From contig JAFUJK010000012.1 in NCBI GenBank assembly GCA_017468205.1, forward strand, positions 2,256 through 66,255: a stretch of 64,000 nucleotides of DNA. The letters are read 5' to 3'. This DNA comes from Clostridia bacterium. Its GTDB lineage: Bacteria; Bacillota; Clostridia; Christensenellales; UBA1242. Of the stretch, positions 50,128 through 59,002 are shown piece after piece. Position numbers and translations under genes: made by a program. Every line of letters starts with the position of its first letter. The stretch's first letter is position 1. The notes beneath the pieces were generated by a model that had not been told where the DNA came from, did no database searches, and saw only the letters and a list, made by a program, of their open reading frames with translations.

Positions 50128-50160
50128 AAAAAACACCTTGGTTTTTGCCAAAGTGTCTTT
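50128..50160 (-). terminator. intrinsic terminator after the 407-aa gene (repeat copy T2)
   Basis: ACACCTTGG / CCAAAGTGT stem (one mismatch) plus a T-run on the minus strand. Confidence 0.7.
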
Positions 50161-50167
50161 TTAAAAA

Positions 50168-51391
50168 CTATTTGTTTTCGTCTTCGTTAAGTTTAGCAAT
50201 CGCAGCTTGAACTTCTGCAATGTCGTCTTTAAGATTGCGGTTTTGTTCAACCAAAATTTCGTTAGTCTTTTGAAGAATTGGGAAGCGGTCTTTGTTTTGT
50301 TCCATAACCTCTTCACAGTGTTGAACGCTCAATCTCAATCCGTCAAGAAGGTCAAGGTCTTCGCTGAGTTTCTTCGCCTTTTCCTCGTCGATGTCAACAT
50401 AGTTGTTTACACCGTAAAGCAAAACTTTCTTACGAGCGATAATAGCCTCTTTACGACGAAGTTTTTCTTGGTCGCGTTCGAGGTTGCGTTTTACGCGTGC
50501 AAGAGGGTTGTACTCTTTGCGGTTACCGCGCAAGTCGCGCTCGTTGATTTTAAGACGGGCTTGAAGTTTTTCAAGACGTTCTTGCAACATATCCAATGGG
50601 AAGTATTCATATACGTTCGCAATTGGTTTTTGTTGCTCAACAACTTCTTCTACTTCCTCAACCTTTGCAACTGGAAGAACGTTCTTAATAACAGGTTCAG
50701 CAGGAGTTGCTGGTTCATCATCGGTTGTAGTATCGTCCTCAACAGGGGCAACAACTTCTGGTTCTGGAGTAGCAACTTCTTCCTTAACTTCTGTTGGAGT
50801 GCCAGTTGCTTCTTCAACGATTTCGTCAAAGTTGAAGTCGTCAAAATCGTTAGTAATTTGCTCGGCTGCGTTGTAAGTTGTAACAGATTCAGAGTTAATT
50901 TCGTTGATGAGGTCATCAAAATTGATGTCGTCCTCTTCGTCCTTCTCTTGTTCTTGTTTAACTGGCTCATCATCAGAGAATAATGAGTCAAAGTCGTCGA
51001 AGTCGTCAAATTCTTGCTTGCGACGTTCAATCATTTCATTGCGCTCTGTTGCAAAGCCTTTTTCCTCAAACATTGGTTGGTCATCTTCCATACCACGTTG
51101 ACCAGCAAGCAATGCTTGTTGCTCACGCTCAGCCTCTGCTTCGTCCCAAGTTTGGCGAACTGGTTGTGCGTTTTCTGTGTTCTCCAAAACTTGAGGACGG
51201 TCATAATCCTGTGAATTGTCAACGATTTTTACTTCGTCCTTCTCCGCACTTTTACCACGGAAGAAAATTGAACCTTTCTTGTTTGTAATGGAAAGTACCA
51301 AATCAACCAACAAAATAATGATAAAGGCAACTGCTGCAATTAGCGCAATAATTGTAAATACATTTAAAATTGCTTCTGCTATTGGTTCCAT
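50168..51391 (-). CDS. hypothetical membrane-anchored protein with acidic low-complexity centre and C-terminal coiled coil
   Basis: 407 aa. N-terminal TM, then an Asp/Glu-rich region (DDFDDFDSLFSDDE...) and a heptad-like C-terminus. Confidence 0.5.
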   Translation of the reverse strand: MEPIAEAILNVFTIIALIAAVAFIIILLVDLVLSITNKKGSIFFRGKSAEKDEVKIVDNSQDYDRPQVLENTENAQPVRQTWDEAEAEREQQALLAGQRGMEDDQPMFEEKGFATERNEMIERRKQEFDDFDDFDSLFSDDEPVKQEQEKDEEDDINFDDLINEINSESVTTYNAAEQITNDFDDFNFDEIVEEATGTPTEVKEEVATPEPEVVAPVEDDTTTDDEPATPAEPVIKNVLPVAKVEEVEEVVEQQKPIANVYEYFPLDMLQERLEKLQARLKINERDLRGNRKEYNPLARVKRNLERDQEKLRRKEAIIARKKVLLYGVNNYVDIDEEKAKKLSEDLDLLDGLRLSVQHCEEVMEQNKDRFPILQKTNEILVEQNRNLKDDIAEVQAAIAKLNEDENK

Positions 51392-51464
51392 TTTTCATTT
51401 GCTCCTTGTTTTTGAAATTTTAATATCTATGACTAGATTTAGAATGAATGGCACGAAGCCATAC

Positions 51465-51867
51465 TGGTGGAAGCGATGGGAATCGAACCCATGTCCAAGC
51501 AGTATTCAAATCCACCCTCTACACGTTTAGTTTAATTGTAGAATTTAACCCAATTAAGAACAACAAACAAATCTCAATCAGGCGATTTTGTCTAAATTAA
51601 CCCCAAGCCGACAAACTATTCTTGGGAGAGGTATGTCGGGGTTCAAGCCCGCCAAAATTCCCGCCATACCAAAGGAATTTAGGCGAACTGTCCTAAATCG
51701 TAGGACGATTAAGCGTAAGCAACTGCACCGAAGTTGGTAGCAGGCATTACGTTAACGTTGTTTGCTTTAGATTCAGCATTTAAATTTAATTTCCGTTTTT
51801 AACGCAGGCGAGCCTGCGACGTGCAAAGTAGAAAGAATATCCACCTGTCGAAACCAGTACGCTCCCC
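51465..51867 (-). ncRNA. ssrA: tmRNA (SsrA)
   Basis: 5' GGGGAGCGTACTGGTTTCGACAGGTGG and 3' GGGTTCGATTCCCATCGCTTCCACCA on the minus strand. It lies directly downstream of smpB. The candidate tag ORF is GCT GAA ... GCT TAC GCT TAA. Confidence 0.9.
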
Positions 51868-51880
51868 TAACCTAGGGAAG

Positions 51881-52327
51881 TTACCTAGCCATTTTAATTT
51901 CTCGTTGAACTTCGCGTTGCAAATCGCGCTTCTTTATAGTATCGCGCTTATCGTGCAATTTCTTACCTTTACAAATGGCGAGTTCAACCTTGACGAGCGA
52001 GTGCTCGAAATACAACTTCAAAGGCACAACCGTCAGTCCTTTCTGTGCTATCGCCTCGCTTAGGCGTGCAATCTCGGACTTGTGAAGAAGTAATTTTCGA
52101 GAACGACGTTCATCGGGAACAAAGTTCTGGGCGTATGGATACGTCTTGATATACATATTGATGATAAACGCTTCGCCGTCGCGCACAGTAATATATGTAT
52201 CATTGATGCTTGCGTGTCCCGACCGTATGGATTTTACTTCGGCTCCGACAAGGCTAAGCCCAGCGGAAAACTTTTCAAGCACAAAATACTCAAAGTGAGC
52301 GCGCTTATTGGTGGCAATTACCTTCAT
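51881..52327 (-). CDS. smpB: SsrA-binding protein SmpB
   Basis: 148 aa. NKRAHFEYFVLEKFSAGLSLVGAEVKSIR is the canonical SmpB N-terminus. Confidence 0.93.
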   Translation of the reverse strand: MKVIATNKRAHFEYFVLEKFSAGLSLVGAEVKSIRSGHASINDTYITVRDGEAFIINMYIKTYPYAQNFVPDERRSRKLLLHKSEIARLSEAIAQKGLTVVPLKLYFEHSLVKVELAICKGKKLHDKRDTIKKRDLQREVQREIKMAR

Positions 52328-52420
52328 TCCTCCCTCCTATTATACCACAAATTTAAAATTTTTCAATACCTTTTGCAAAAAAATCTTATATTTTTACAAA
52401 CACAAAAAAGGCTAAAAAAA

Positions 52421-54538
52421 TTAGTCTTCTAATATTTTAAAGTTAATTTGTCTACGGCGCAAATTAACACTTTCGACTTGAATTCTAACTTTTTGACCTA
52501 ATTGATAGTCGTGTTTTGAACCTGCGAGTTTATATAATTTTTCGATAAAAACGTAATTATCTGTTGGCAAATTCTCCAAAGGACACATACCTTCTACGGT
52601 ATTTGGCAACGCAACAAACACACCAAAATTAGTTGCACCAGTTACAGTACCTTCGTATATTTCGCCTATATGATTTTGCATATAATCTGCCTTTTTAAGG
52701 TCGTCAACCTGACGTTCTGCTGACTCGGCAAGTTTCTCACGTTCACTTGTCAAATCGCTTGCTTCTTCGACAAATTCACGATAATATTCAAGTGCTTTTT
52801 TATCCTTATTTCTGAGGTAGAATTTCTTTATAATTCTATGGATAAGCAAGTCAGGATAGCGTCGAATTGGTGAAGTAAAATGACAATAGTTTACAGCGGC
52901 AATACCAAAGTGTCCCAAGTTTTTTGGTGCATATCTTGCCTTTTGGAGGCTACGTAGCATAACCGAGTTTATAAGCATTTCATAAGGTTGACCCTCAACA
53001 GTTTTAAGCAAGCGTTGCAAGTCTTTTGGGGTAACCTTATCAGGATTGTTCGCGACTTTTAAACCAAATTGGCTGGCAAACTGGAAGAAATCGAACATTT
53101 TTTGCCCATCTGGCTGTTCGTGGACACGGAAAAGGAAAGGCAGTTTCTCCTTATGACAAGCAAGCGCGACAGTTTCGTTTGCTTCAAGCATAAACGACTC
53201 AATCATCATATGCGCTTCGTTGCGCTCAAACAATTTAACTTCAAGAACGTGTCCAGCACTATCCATTTCAAACTTGCATTCAGGCAAATCAAATTCGAGC
53301 GCACCACGACGTTTGCGTTTTGCGGACAAAATGCGGTGCAATTTCTGCATTGCTTTAAAATCTTTGACCATATCGCTATATTTTGCGCATACTTGTGGGT
53401 CGTCATTGAAGATAGCAAAGACATCGTCATAGGTCATTTTTTCACGAGATTTGATAAAGCCTTCACAAATTTCGTAGTCATAGACCTCACCCTGCTCGTC
53501 AATTTCCATTATAACGGAGAGAGTTAAGCGTGTAACTTTTGGGTTAAGTGAACAAATACCATTTGAAAGTTCGCGTGGAAGCATTGGGTATACCAAATCA
53601 GGGAAATACACACTAGTACCACGTTTATAAGCCTCGTTGTCAAGCGGAGAATTTTGTTTTACATATTCGCTAACATCAGCGATATGAACCGAGAGTGTAA
53701 AGTGTCCATCAGGGTGTTCAACAATGCCTACTGCGTCATCAATATCACGAGTGTCAGCGCTGTCAATTGTAACGATATTATCCCCAGTGAAATCACGTCT
53801 GCCACGAGTTGCTTCAACTGGCACAGATTGTGGTAATTTTCTCGCTTCAGCCAGAACATCAGGCTCAAACTCTTCGTAAAGATTATTTTCACGAATAATT
53901 GCAAGCATTTCGATTTTAGGGTCGCCATTAAGCCCGAGAACTTCGGTAAGCACACCCTGCGGGTTCTTGTCGCCAGCGACATATTTTGTAATACGACAAA
54001 CAACCTTGTCCCCCGCTTTCACCTTAAATTTGCCATGATTGCGAATAACAATATCTTTAAAGTAACGAGTATCGTCAGGTTTTACAAAGGCAAGATTAGG
54101 GTTAACAATATCAAGCGTGCCGACAATATTTTTCTCGCTACGTTCAACAACTTTGACTACTTGTCCCTCGCTTCTATCGCCATTTTTGCGCACTTTTACA
54201 AGCACTACGTCGTTGTGCAAAGCGGTTTTTAGCGATACAGGAGGGATAAACACATCGGGAGTTTCGCCACCATCGGTAAATTTACAAAAAGCAAAGCCAC
54301 GAGCATTTCCAATCAACACACCTTTTCTCAATCCAAGCGCTTCTGGGGTCGCCAACTTGTCGTGTCCTTCAATAACCAAATCGCCCATTTCAATTAATTT
54401 GCCGATAAGAGCATAGGAATTGGTATATTCAAGTCCAAGGCCTTCGCTCAAATTGCGCGCAAGTTCAGTGCGCGTGCGAAAATAGAGCTGATGCTCCTTA
54501 ATAAAATCTAGTGCGTTAATGAATAAATCTTCTTGCAT
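52421..54538 (-). CDS. rnr: ribonuclease R
   Basis: Start moved to the ATG at 54538. It has cold-shock/OB domains, the RNB domain (DSADTRDIDDAV) and a C-terminal S1 domain (GEIYEGTVTGATNFGVFVAL). Confidence 0.92.
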   Translation of the reverse strand: MQEDLFINALDFIKEHQLYFRTRTELARNLSEGLGLEYTNSYALIGKLIEMGDLVIEGHDKLATPEALGLRKGVLIGNARGFAFCKFTDGGETPDVFIPPVSLKTALHNDVVLVKVRKNGDRSEGQVVKVVERSEKNIVGTLDIVNPNLAFVKPDDTRYFKDIVIRNHGKFKVKAGDKVVCRITKYVAGDKNPQGVLTEVLGLNGDPKIEMLAIIRENNLYEEFEPDVLAEARKLPQSVPVEATRGRRDFTGDNIVTIDSADTRDIDDAVGIVEHPDGHFTLSVHIADVSEYVKQNSPLDNEAYKRGTSVYFPDLVYPMLPRELSNGICSLNPKVTRLTLSVIMEIDEQGEVYDYEICEGFIKSREKMTYDDVFAIFNDDPQVCAKYSDMVKDFKAMQKLHRILSAKRKRRGALEFDLPECKFEMDSAGHVLEVKLFERNEAHMMIESFMLEANETVALACHKEKLPFLFRVHEQPDGQKMFDFFQFASQFGLKVANNPDKVTPKDLQRLLKTVEGQPYEMLINSVMLRSLQKARYAPKNLGHFGIAAVNYCHFTSPIRRYPDLLIHRIIKKFYLRNKDKKALEYYREFVEEASDLTSEREKLAESAERQVDDLKKADYMQNHIGEIYEGTVTGATNFGVFVALPNTVEGMCPLENLPTDNYVFIEKLYKLAGSKHDYQLGQKVRIQVESVNLRRRQINFKILED

Positions 54539-54675
54539 AATTTTTCCTTTTTTATTAGTTGACGTGGCAATCTCGCCTTTACCCCATGTCAGAAATTCTT
54601 TTGACGAGATTTTCGAGTTATTTATACGTAAAACAAACAAAAATTAAAGAGAGGAACTACCTCTCTTGTGAATGT

Positions 54676-54984
54676 TTACGCAATAATAAGCGACAAAACA
54701 AAATACAATACGGTAGCGATAGCGACAGAAATTGCCAACCACATTGTTGCCTTTTTCATACGACCTTCGCGGGTTTCGCCCTTATTGTGCGAGTAATAAG
54801 TGTCGGTATTACTGCCAGTGATGCCGTTGATGCCACCCTGACTATTGCTAGGCTGAACAAGCACTAAAATAGTGATTGCTATTGCAGCGAGTGCGATGTA
54901 GCCCAACAAAATGTACTTAATGATTGGGAACGAAACAGACACCCATTCTGGCAAACCAGCACCAAGTAGAGATATAAAGTTCAT
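54676..54984 (-). CDS. secG: preprotein translocase subunit SecG
   Basis: Two TM segments flank a Gly-rich loop (QPSNSQGGINGITGS). The secG-rnr-smpB-ssrA order is conserved in Firmicutes. Confidence 0.75.
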   Translation of the reverse strand: MNFISLLGAGLPEWVSVSFPIIKYILLGYIALAAIAITILVLVQPSNSQGGINGITGSNTDTYYSHNKGETREGRMKKATMWLAISVAIATVLYFVLSLIIA

Positions 54985-55066
54985 TATGTCCTCCAAATTA
55001 GAAATTCAATGTAGAATTAATTATATCATATTCAAGAGATTTTTACAAGTCAATTTAAGTAAATTT

Positions 55067-55831
55067 TTAATAATATCTACTTTCAATCTTATTTTGACTA
55101 TTTACGAACACTTCAATTGTGCCCTTTCCATAGTCTTCGGTTGAAAGAAGTTCAAAAGTTTTTATTGCCATACGCATTTTGCTTTCGGAATTTTGTGTTG
55201 GGTTGTCCAAAATAATTGTAACACCAAAATGAGTAGAAATCGTGAGTTTTGCGTTCGTATATTCAATGTTTGTTGCTAAGGCGCGAAAATTGGTTACACT
55301 TTGTCCAAGTGCGACAAAAGCATTGTACAAGTCAATAAAAACATGAGGATATTCACTTGAAATATCGTCTCCCTTTTTAAAACTGCCTTCTAAATCCTTT
55401 ATTTTTAGCACAACAGGGTTTACATTTGTGCTTGAATATGTTGAAACGACGTCCAAAACTCGCAGATATTCGTCAGTGATAGCATAAGTTCCATTAGGCA
55501 AAGCAACCGCGTAGACATCTTGTCTTTCAATAACGTGAATATTAAGGCTATTTGGAAAAACCACTTCTAAATCAACGACTCTTAAACGCGGATATTTCTT
55601 TTCCAAATTGCGTTTTGCGAAGTCTTTGTCGAGCATAAAGACACTTTTGCGCTCAACACCAGATGACGAAAGCACTGCGGAATTGGTTAAACTTGCAAGT
55701 GAACTTGTCGGTGTATTATACCAAATAATACGAGCAGAGCCGACTGCAAAAATAGTACTTGAAAGCACAATTATCAGAGTTATAACCGCCAGCACACCAA
55801 CCGCTACGGCAATTTTGGCATTTTTCTTCAC
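55067..55831 (-). CDS. divIB: cell division protein FtsQ/DivIB
   Basis: 254 aa. An N-terminal TM, then a POTRA-like segment (RVVDLEVVFPNSLNIHVIERQ). It lies downstream of murA. Confidence 0.7.
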   Translation of the reverse strand: MKKNAKIAVAVGVLAVITLIIVLSSTIFAVGSARIIWYNTPTSSLASLTNSAVLSSSGVERKSVFMLDKDFAKRNLEKKYPRLRVVDLEVVFPNSLNIHVIERQDVYAVALPNGTYAITDEYLRVLDVVSTYSSTNVNPVVLKIKDLEGSFKKGDDISSEYPHVFIDLYNAFVALGQSVTNFRALATNIEYTNAKLTISTHFGVTIILDNPTQNSESKMRMAIKTFELLSTEDYGKGTIEVFVNSQNKIESRYY

Positions 55832-55840
55832 GATTCCCTC

Positions 55841-57094
55841 CTACTCTTCGCGACGAATTTTAGCCCCCAACTCGTTTAGTTTTTTGTCAAGATTGACATA
55901 TCCACGTTCGATGTGCGAAATGTCATTTACTGTTGTATATCCTTTTGCGCACAAACCCGCCAGCACCAAACTAGCACCACCGCGCAAGTCTTTTGCAAAA
56001 ACCTCTGCCCCGCTAAGGCTAGGAACGCCCTCGACAACAGCAGTATTATCGCGTGCGCGTACGCGCGCGCCCATCTTTATTAGTTCAGGCACAAATTTGA
56101 AGCGGGACTCGAAAATATTTTCTTGAACGACACAGCACCCCTGACTTATAGTTTGCATAGTCAAAATTTGCGCTTGAAGGTCTGTTGGGAACGCAGGATA
56201 TACATTTGTTTCAACAAAACCAACACTTTTGAGAGTTTTGGGACTCTTCAAATAGATTTTATCACCTTTTGCCCTCAAAACGCAACCAGAATTACGCAAT
56301 TTGTCAATTAAACTTGTAAAAAATTGCGTATTGCACCCGCTAACCTCAATTTTTCCGCCAGTAATTGCAGTTGCGATTAGATAAGTTCCTGCAATAATAC
56401 GGTCGCCGATTGGAGTATATTCCGTTCCGTGTAGTTTTTTTACAGGTTCAATTTCAATGCGCGAAGTACCTGCTCCATAAATTCTAGCACCCATTTTATT
56501 TAAAAAATTACACATATCCACGATTTCGGGTTCGCGCGCACAATTAACTATTTCAACCCGTTCTTTTCCCATAACTGCGGTTAAAATAAGGTTTTCAGTT
56601 GCCCCAACCGAAGCAAAATCTAATGAAATTATGCCTCCGTGCAAGTTTGTCGCATCGCAATTAATCACCCCGTGACATTCTGTTATCTCTACCCCCATAT
56701 CACGAAGCCCTTTTAGGTGAAGGTCGATTGGGCGCAACCCAATATCACACCCACCAGGATAAGCCACACGAGCGCGTTTAAACCGTCCCAATAATGCGCC
56801 TAGCGTAAAAATTGACGAACGTAATAATTTCGCCACATCAACAGGTACAAAACGCGGAGTTGCGCTCGCACCATCAATAACAAGAGTGTCATCTTGGCGT
56901 TTAACTTTCATTCCCAAACGTTCCAAAATATCGCACATATTCACAACATCGCTAAAAAGCGGGGCTTTATTAAGAATTATTTGTTCTTCGCAAAGTATAG
57001 TTGCCGCTAAAATAGGGAGAAAAGCGTTTTTGGCACTTTCGACACAAATTGTACCATCAAGGCTATTTCCCCCGTCAATTATGTATTTACTCAT
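55841..57094 (-). CDS. murA: UDP-N-acetylglucosamine 1-carboxyvinyltransferase
   Basis: 417 aa. SAKNAFLPILAATIL, the active-site loop PGGCDIG (Cys) and overall colinearity. Confidence 0.93.
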   Translation of the reverse strand: MSKYIIDGGNSLDGTICVESAKNAFLPILAATILCEEQIILNKAPLFSDVVNMCDILERLGMKVKRQDDTLVIDGASATPRFVPVDVAKLLRSSIFTLGALLGRFKRARVAYPGGCDIGLRPIDLHLKGLRDMGVEITECHGVINCDATNLHGGIISLDFASVGATENLILTAVMGKERVEIVNCAREPEIVDMCNFLNKMGARIYGAGTSRIEIEPVKKLHGTEYTPIGDRIIAGTYLIATAITGGKIEVSGCNTQFFTSLIDKLRNSGCVLRAKGDKIYLKSPKTLKSVGFVETNVYPAFPTDLQAQILTMQTISQGCCVVQENIFESRFKFVPELIKMGARVRARDNTAVVEGVPSLSGAEVFAKDLRGGASLVLAGLCAKGYTTVNDISHIERGYVNLDKKLNELGAKIRREE

Positions 57095-57130
57095 ATACTA
57101 TAATATGGCAATTAGTGTTAATTTTGTGCA

Positions 57131-57222
57131 AATAAAAAACCCACGGCGAACCGTGGGAAAATACAAAAGGAATTCTTAAAGCGAGAGTACAAAGGGAAAT
57201 CTCTCGCCCTTTGTCTTTCGTA
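57131..57222 (-). ncRNA. candidate ~90-nt leader RNA or sRNA upstream of murA: interleaved stems plus intrinsic terminator
   Basis: On the minus strand ACAAAGGG..CGAGAG..CCCTTTGT..CTCTCG are interleaved (plus-strand 57182-57214). Then comes CCCACGG-ttcg-CCGTGGG plus T6 (57134-57157). It ends 37 nt before the murA ATG. Confidence 0.35.
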
Positions 57223-57229
57223 CGTTGTC

Positions 57230-57258
57230 ATTATAACATATAATTCAACAAAAATCAA
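57230..57258 (-). promoter_or_regulatory. candidate promoter TTGATT-17 nt-TATAAT driving the murA leader
   Basis: The minus strand has TTGATT (57258-57253), a 17-nt spacer and TATAAT (57235-57230). Confidence 0.45.
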
Positions 57259-57330
57259 ATGATTTTTACTATTTTTTTAAAAAATTTTTATTAGAACCTT
57301 TCACTCTCTTGCAATGACAACTTTCTATTA

Positions 57331-57356
57331 AAAAAGAAAGCATTAAAACTTTCTTT
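57331..57356 (-). terminator. intrinsic terminator after the NYN-domain gene
   Basis: AAAGAAAG / CTTTCTTT 8-bp stem followed by T residues on the minus strand. Confidence 0.5.
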
Positions 57357-57366
57357 CCTTAAAACA

Positions 57367-58011
57367 TTATTTCAAAATTGAGAGCAAGTCCTCGATGCTG
57401 TTGTACAAGTCTTCTTCTTCCTCGTCGATATCATCGCCTTTTGAAGCCAAGATTTCCTCAATTTCGCTAATCAATTCTTCGCGTTGTTTGTTTGCATCGT
57501 CATCAATCATAACTGCAGTAGAGCGTTCGCTAATACTGCGCAAACGGTCAGTAAGTTCCTTTTTAGACAACTTGCTTGGTCTAGCATAATGCACATTAAG
57601 AGCAATTTTGCTGTCATACATATGGTCATTGCCGTCAGTGCTTTCAGTTGCAACAGTCAAAAGTTCCTTACCATTTGCACGCAAGAATGCGAGCAATGGC
57701 ACAAGGTCGCCGTCCCCTGCTACAATAGCATAGGTATCAATAAAAGGCTTTGTGTGCAACATATTTACAGCATCAATAATAATTCTAGTATCAAGTTGCG
57801 ATTTTGCACGCTTTTTATAGCGCATAGTTGGAGTGCTGTCGAAGCCATATTTTTCTATAACCTCGTCAAACTTGATGTGTTTGCGCTCATTAAAGCCATA
57901 AACCTTACAATAAGCGAGTTTGCCTGTTCTGCTAACTTGGGAAATAATGTCCTTAAACACTGGTAGGCTTACCTTTGCGTTGTCAACATCGATTAAAAGT
58001 GCGATTTGCAT
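57367..58011 (-). CDS. NYN-domain (LabA-like) protein with acidic C-terminal tail
   Basis: 214 aa. IALLIDVDN ... IVAGDGDLVPLL is the NYN/PIN-like acidic residue pattern. Confidence 0.75.
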   Translation of the reverse strand: MQIALLIDVDNAKVSLPVFKDIISQVSRTGKLAYCKVYGFNERKHIKFDEVIEKYGFDSTPTMRYKKRAKSQLDTRIIIDAVNMLHTKPFIDTYAIVAGDGDLVPLLAFLRANGKELLTVATESTDGNDHMYDSKIALNVHYARPSKLSKKELTDRLRSISERSTAVMIDDDANKQREELISEIEEILASKGDDIDEEEEDLYNSIEDLLSILK

Positions 58012-58027
58012 AAAAATTCCTCCTAAA

Positions 58028-58873
58028 TCATCTTAAAGTGATGTGTTTTCGTTTGTAGTAAAAGAGATACTGCTGGCAATATCCGCTATCCATTCCAAAT
58101 AGATTGACAAAAAAGTCAGCGATTTGTTCTCGGTTGGTCGCCTTTCCGCTAAACTCTTCTCGATAGACCTTATAAATCCACGTATCAACCGGGAAAACAT
58201 CAAACCTATTCATTCCAAACAGCAAAATGCAGTCAGCAACCTTTGGCCCCACACCTTTAAGAGTAAGTAATTCGCGACGCGCTTGTTTTGTATCCATTTT
58301 TTGGACGCGCTCTAAAAAATCGGTTTCGTTCAAAATTTTGATAGTATCAACCAAGTATCCCGAACGATAACCACAACCAAATTCTTGAAAGTCCTCAATC
58401 GTCGCATTACTTAAATCTTTGAGTGTTGGGAACGAGTAGCCCCACGGCATTTTTTTGCCAAACTTCTCGGCTATTTTGTTTACACTATTTCTAATACGCG
58501 GAATGTTGTTGTTCGCAGAAACGATAAAATTAATAATAACCTCATCGAGTGGCTGACGAAGCAAGCGCACACCGCGACTATACTTTAATGCCGAGCGTAA
58601 TATCTCGTGCTCATTTAGCCTAGACAATATAATATCATAATTTGTGTCAAAATCAAAATATTTTACGAAAAAATTTGGATTTGTGGTTGAAATTATATAG
58701 TTTTTTGGGGTTATCTCTTCAATTTCTGCGCGATTCCCCCCTGAAATAACCCACCAAGTGCCTTTTTCTGTCTGACCAAACCTAAAAACCTGCCCACTAG
58801 CCAACGCACCTTCTGGTGTAAAAGTATCAGCATCGTAAAGCATAATTTTATTATTTTCTATTTCGTATCTCAT
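58028..58873 (-). CDS. 8-oxoguanine DNA glycosylase / HhH-GPD family DNA glycosylase
   Basis: 281 aa. HhH-GPD LKGVGPKVADCILLFG with the downstream Asp (PVDTW). The N-terminal domain is OGG-like. Confidence 0.8.
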   Translation of the reverse strand: MRYEIENNKIMLYDADTFTPEGALASGQVFRFGQTEKGTWWVISGGNRAEIEEITPKNYIISTTNPNFFVKYFDFDTNYDIILSRLNEHEILRSALKYSRGVRLLRQPLDEVIINFIVSANNNIPRIRNSVNKIAEKFGKKMPWGYSFPTLKDLSNATIEDFQEFGCGYRSGYLVDTIKILNETDFLERVQKMDTKQARRELLTLKGVGPKVADCILLFGMNRFDVFPVDTWIYKVYREEFSGKATNREQIADFFVNLFGMDSGYCQQYLFYYKRKHITLR

Positions 58874-58920
58874 TATTCGTCCTTAAATATAATTAATATT
58901 AGCATTATATCATAAATTGA

Positions 58921-58960
58921 GCAAAAAAACAAAGAAAATCGTAAAAAAATTTACGATTTC
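58921..58960 (-). terminator. intrinsic terminator after the 290-aa hypothetical gene
   Basis: The minus strand has a GAAATCGTAA / TTACGATTTTC stem with one bulged base, followed by TTTGTTTTTTT. Confidence 0.6.
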
Positions 58961-59002
58961 CCTTTATAAATATTTTTTTGATAATGGGCATAAAGTTAGG
59001 TA

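Noticed and set aside
50207-50983. 258-aa plus-strand ORF antisense to the acidic 407-aa gene
   Set aside because: It is a low-complexity mirror of a biased-composition gene. It is Phe/Asn/Val-rich, has no SD, and lies opposite a better-supported minus-strand ORF with a TM segment and a coiled coil.
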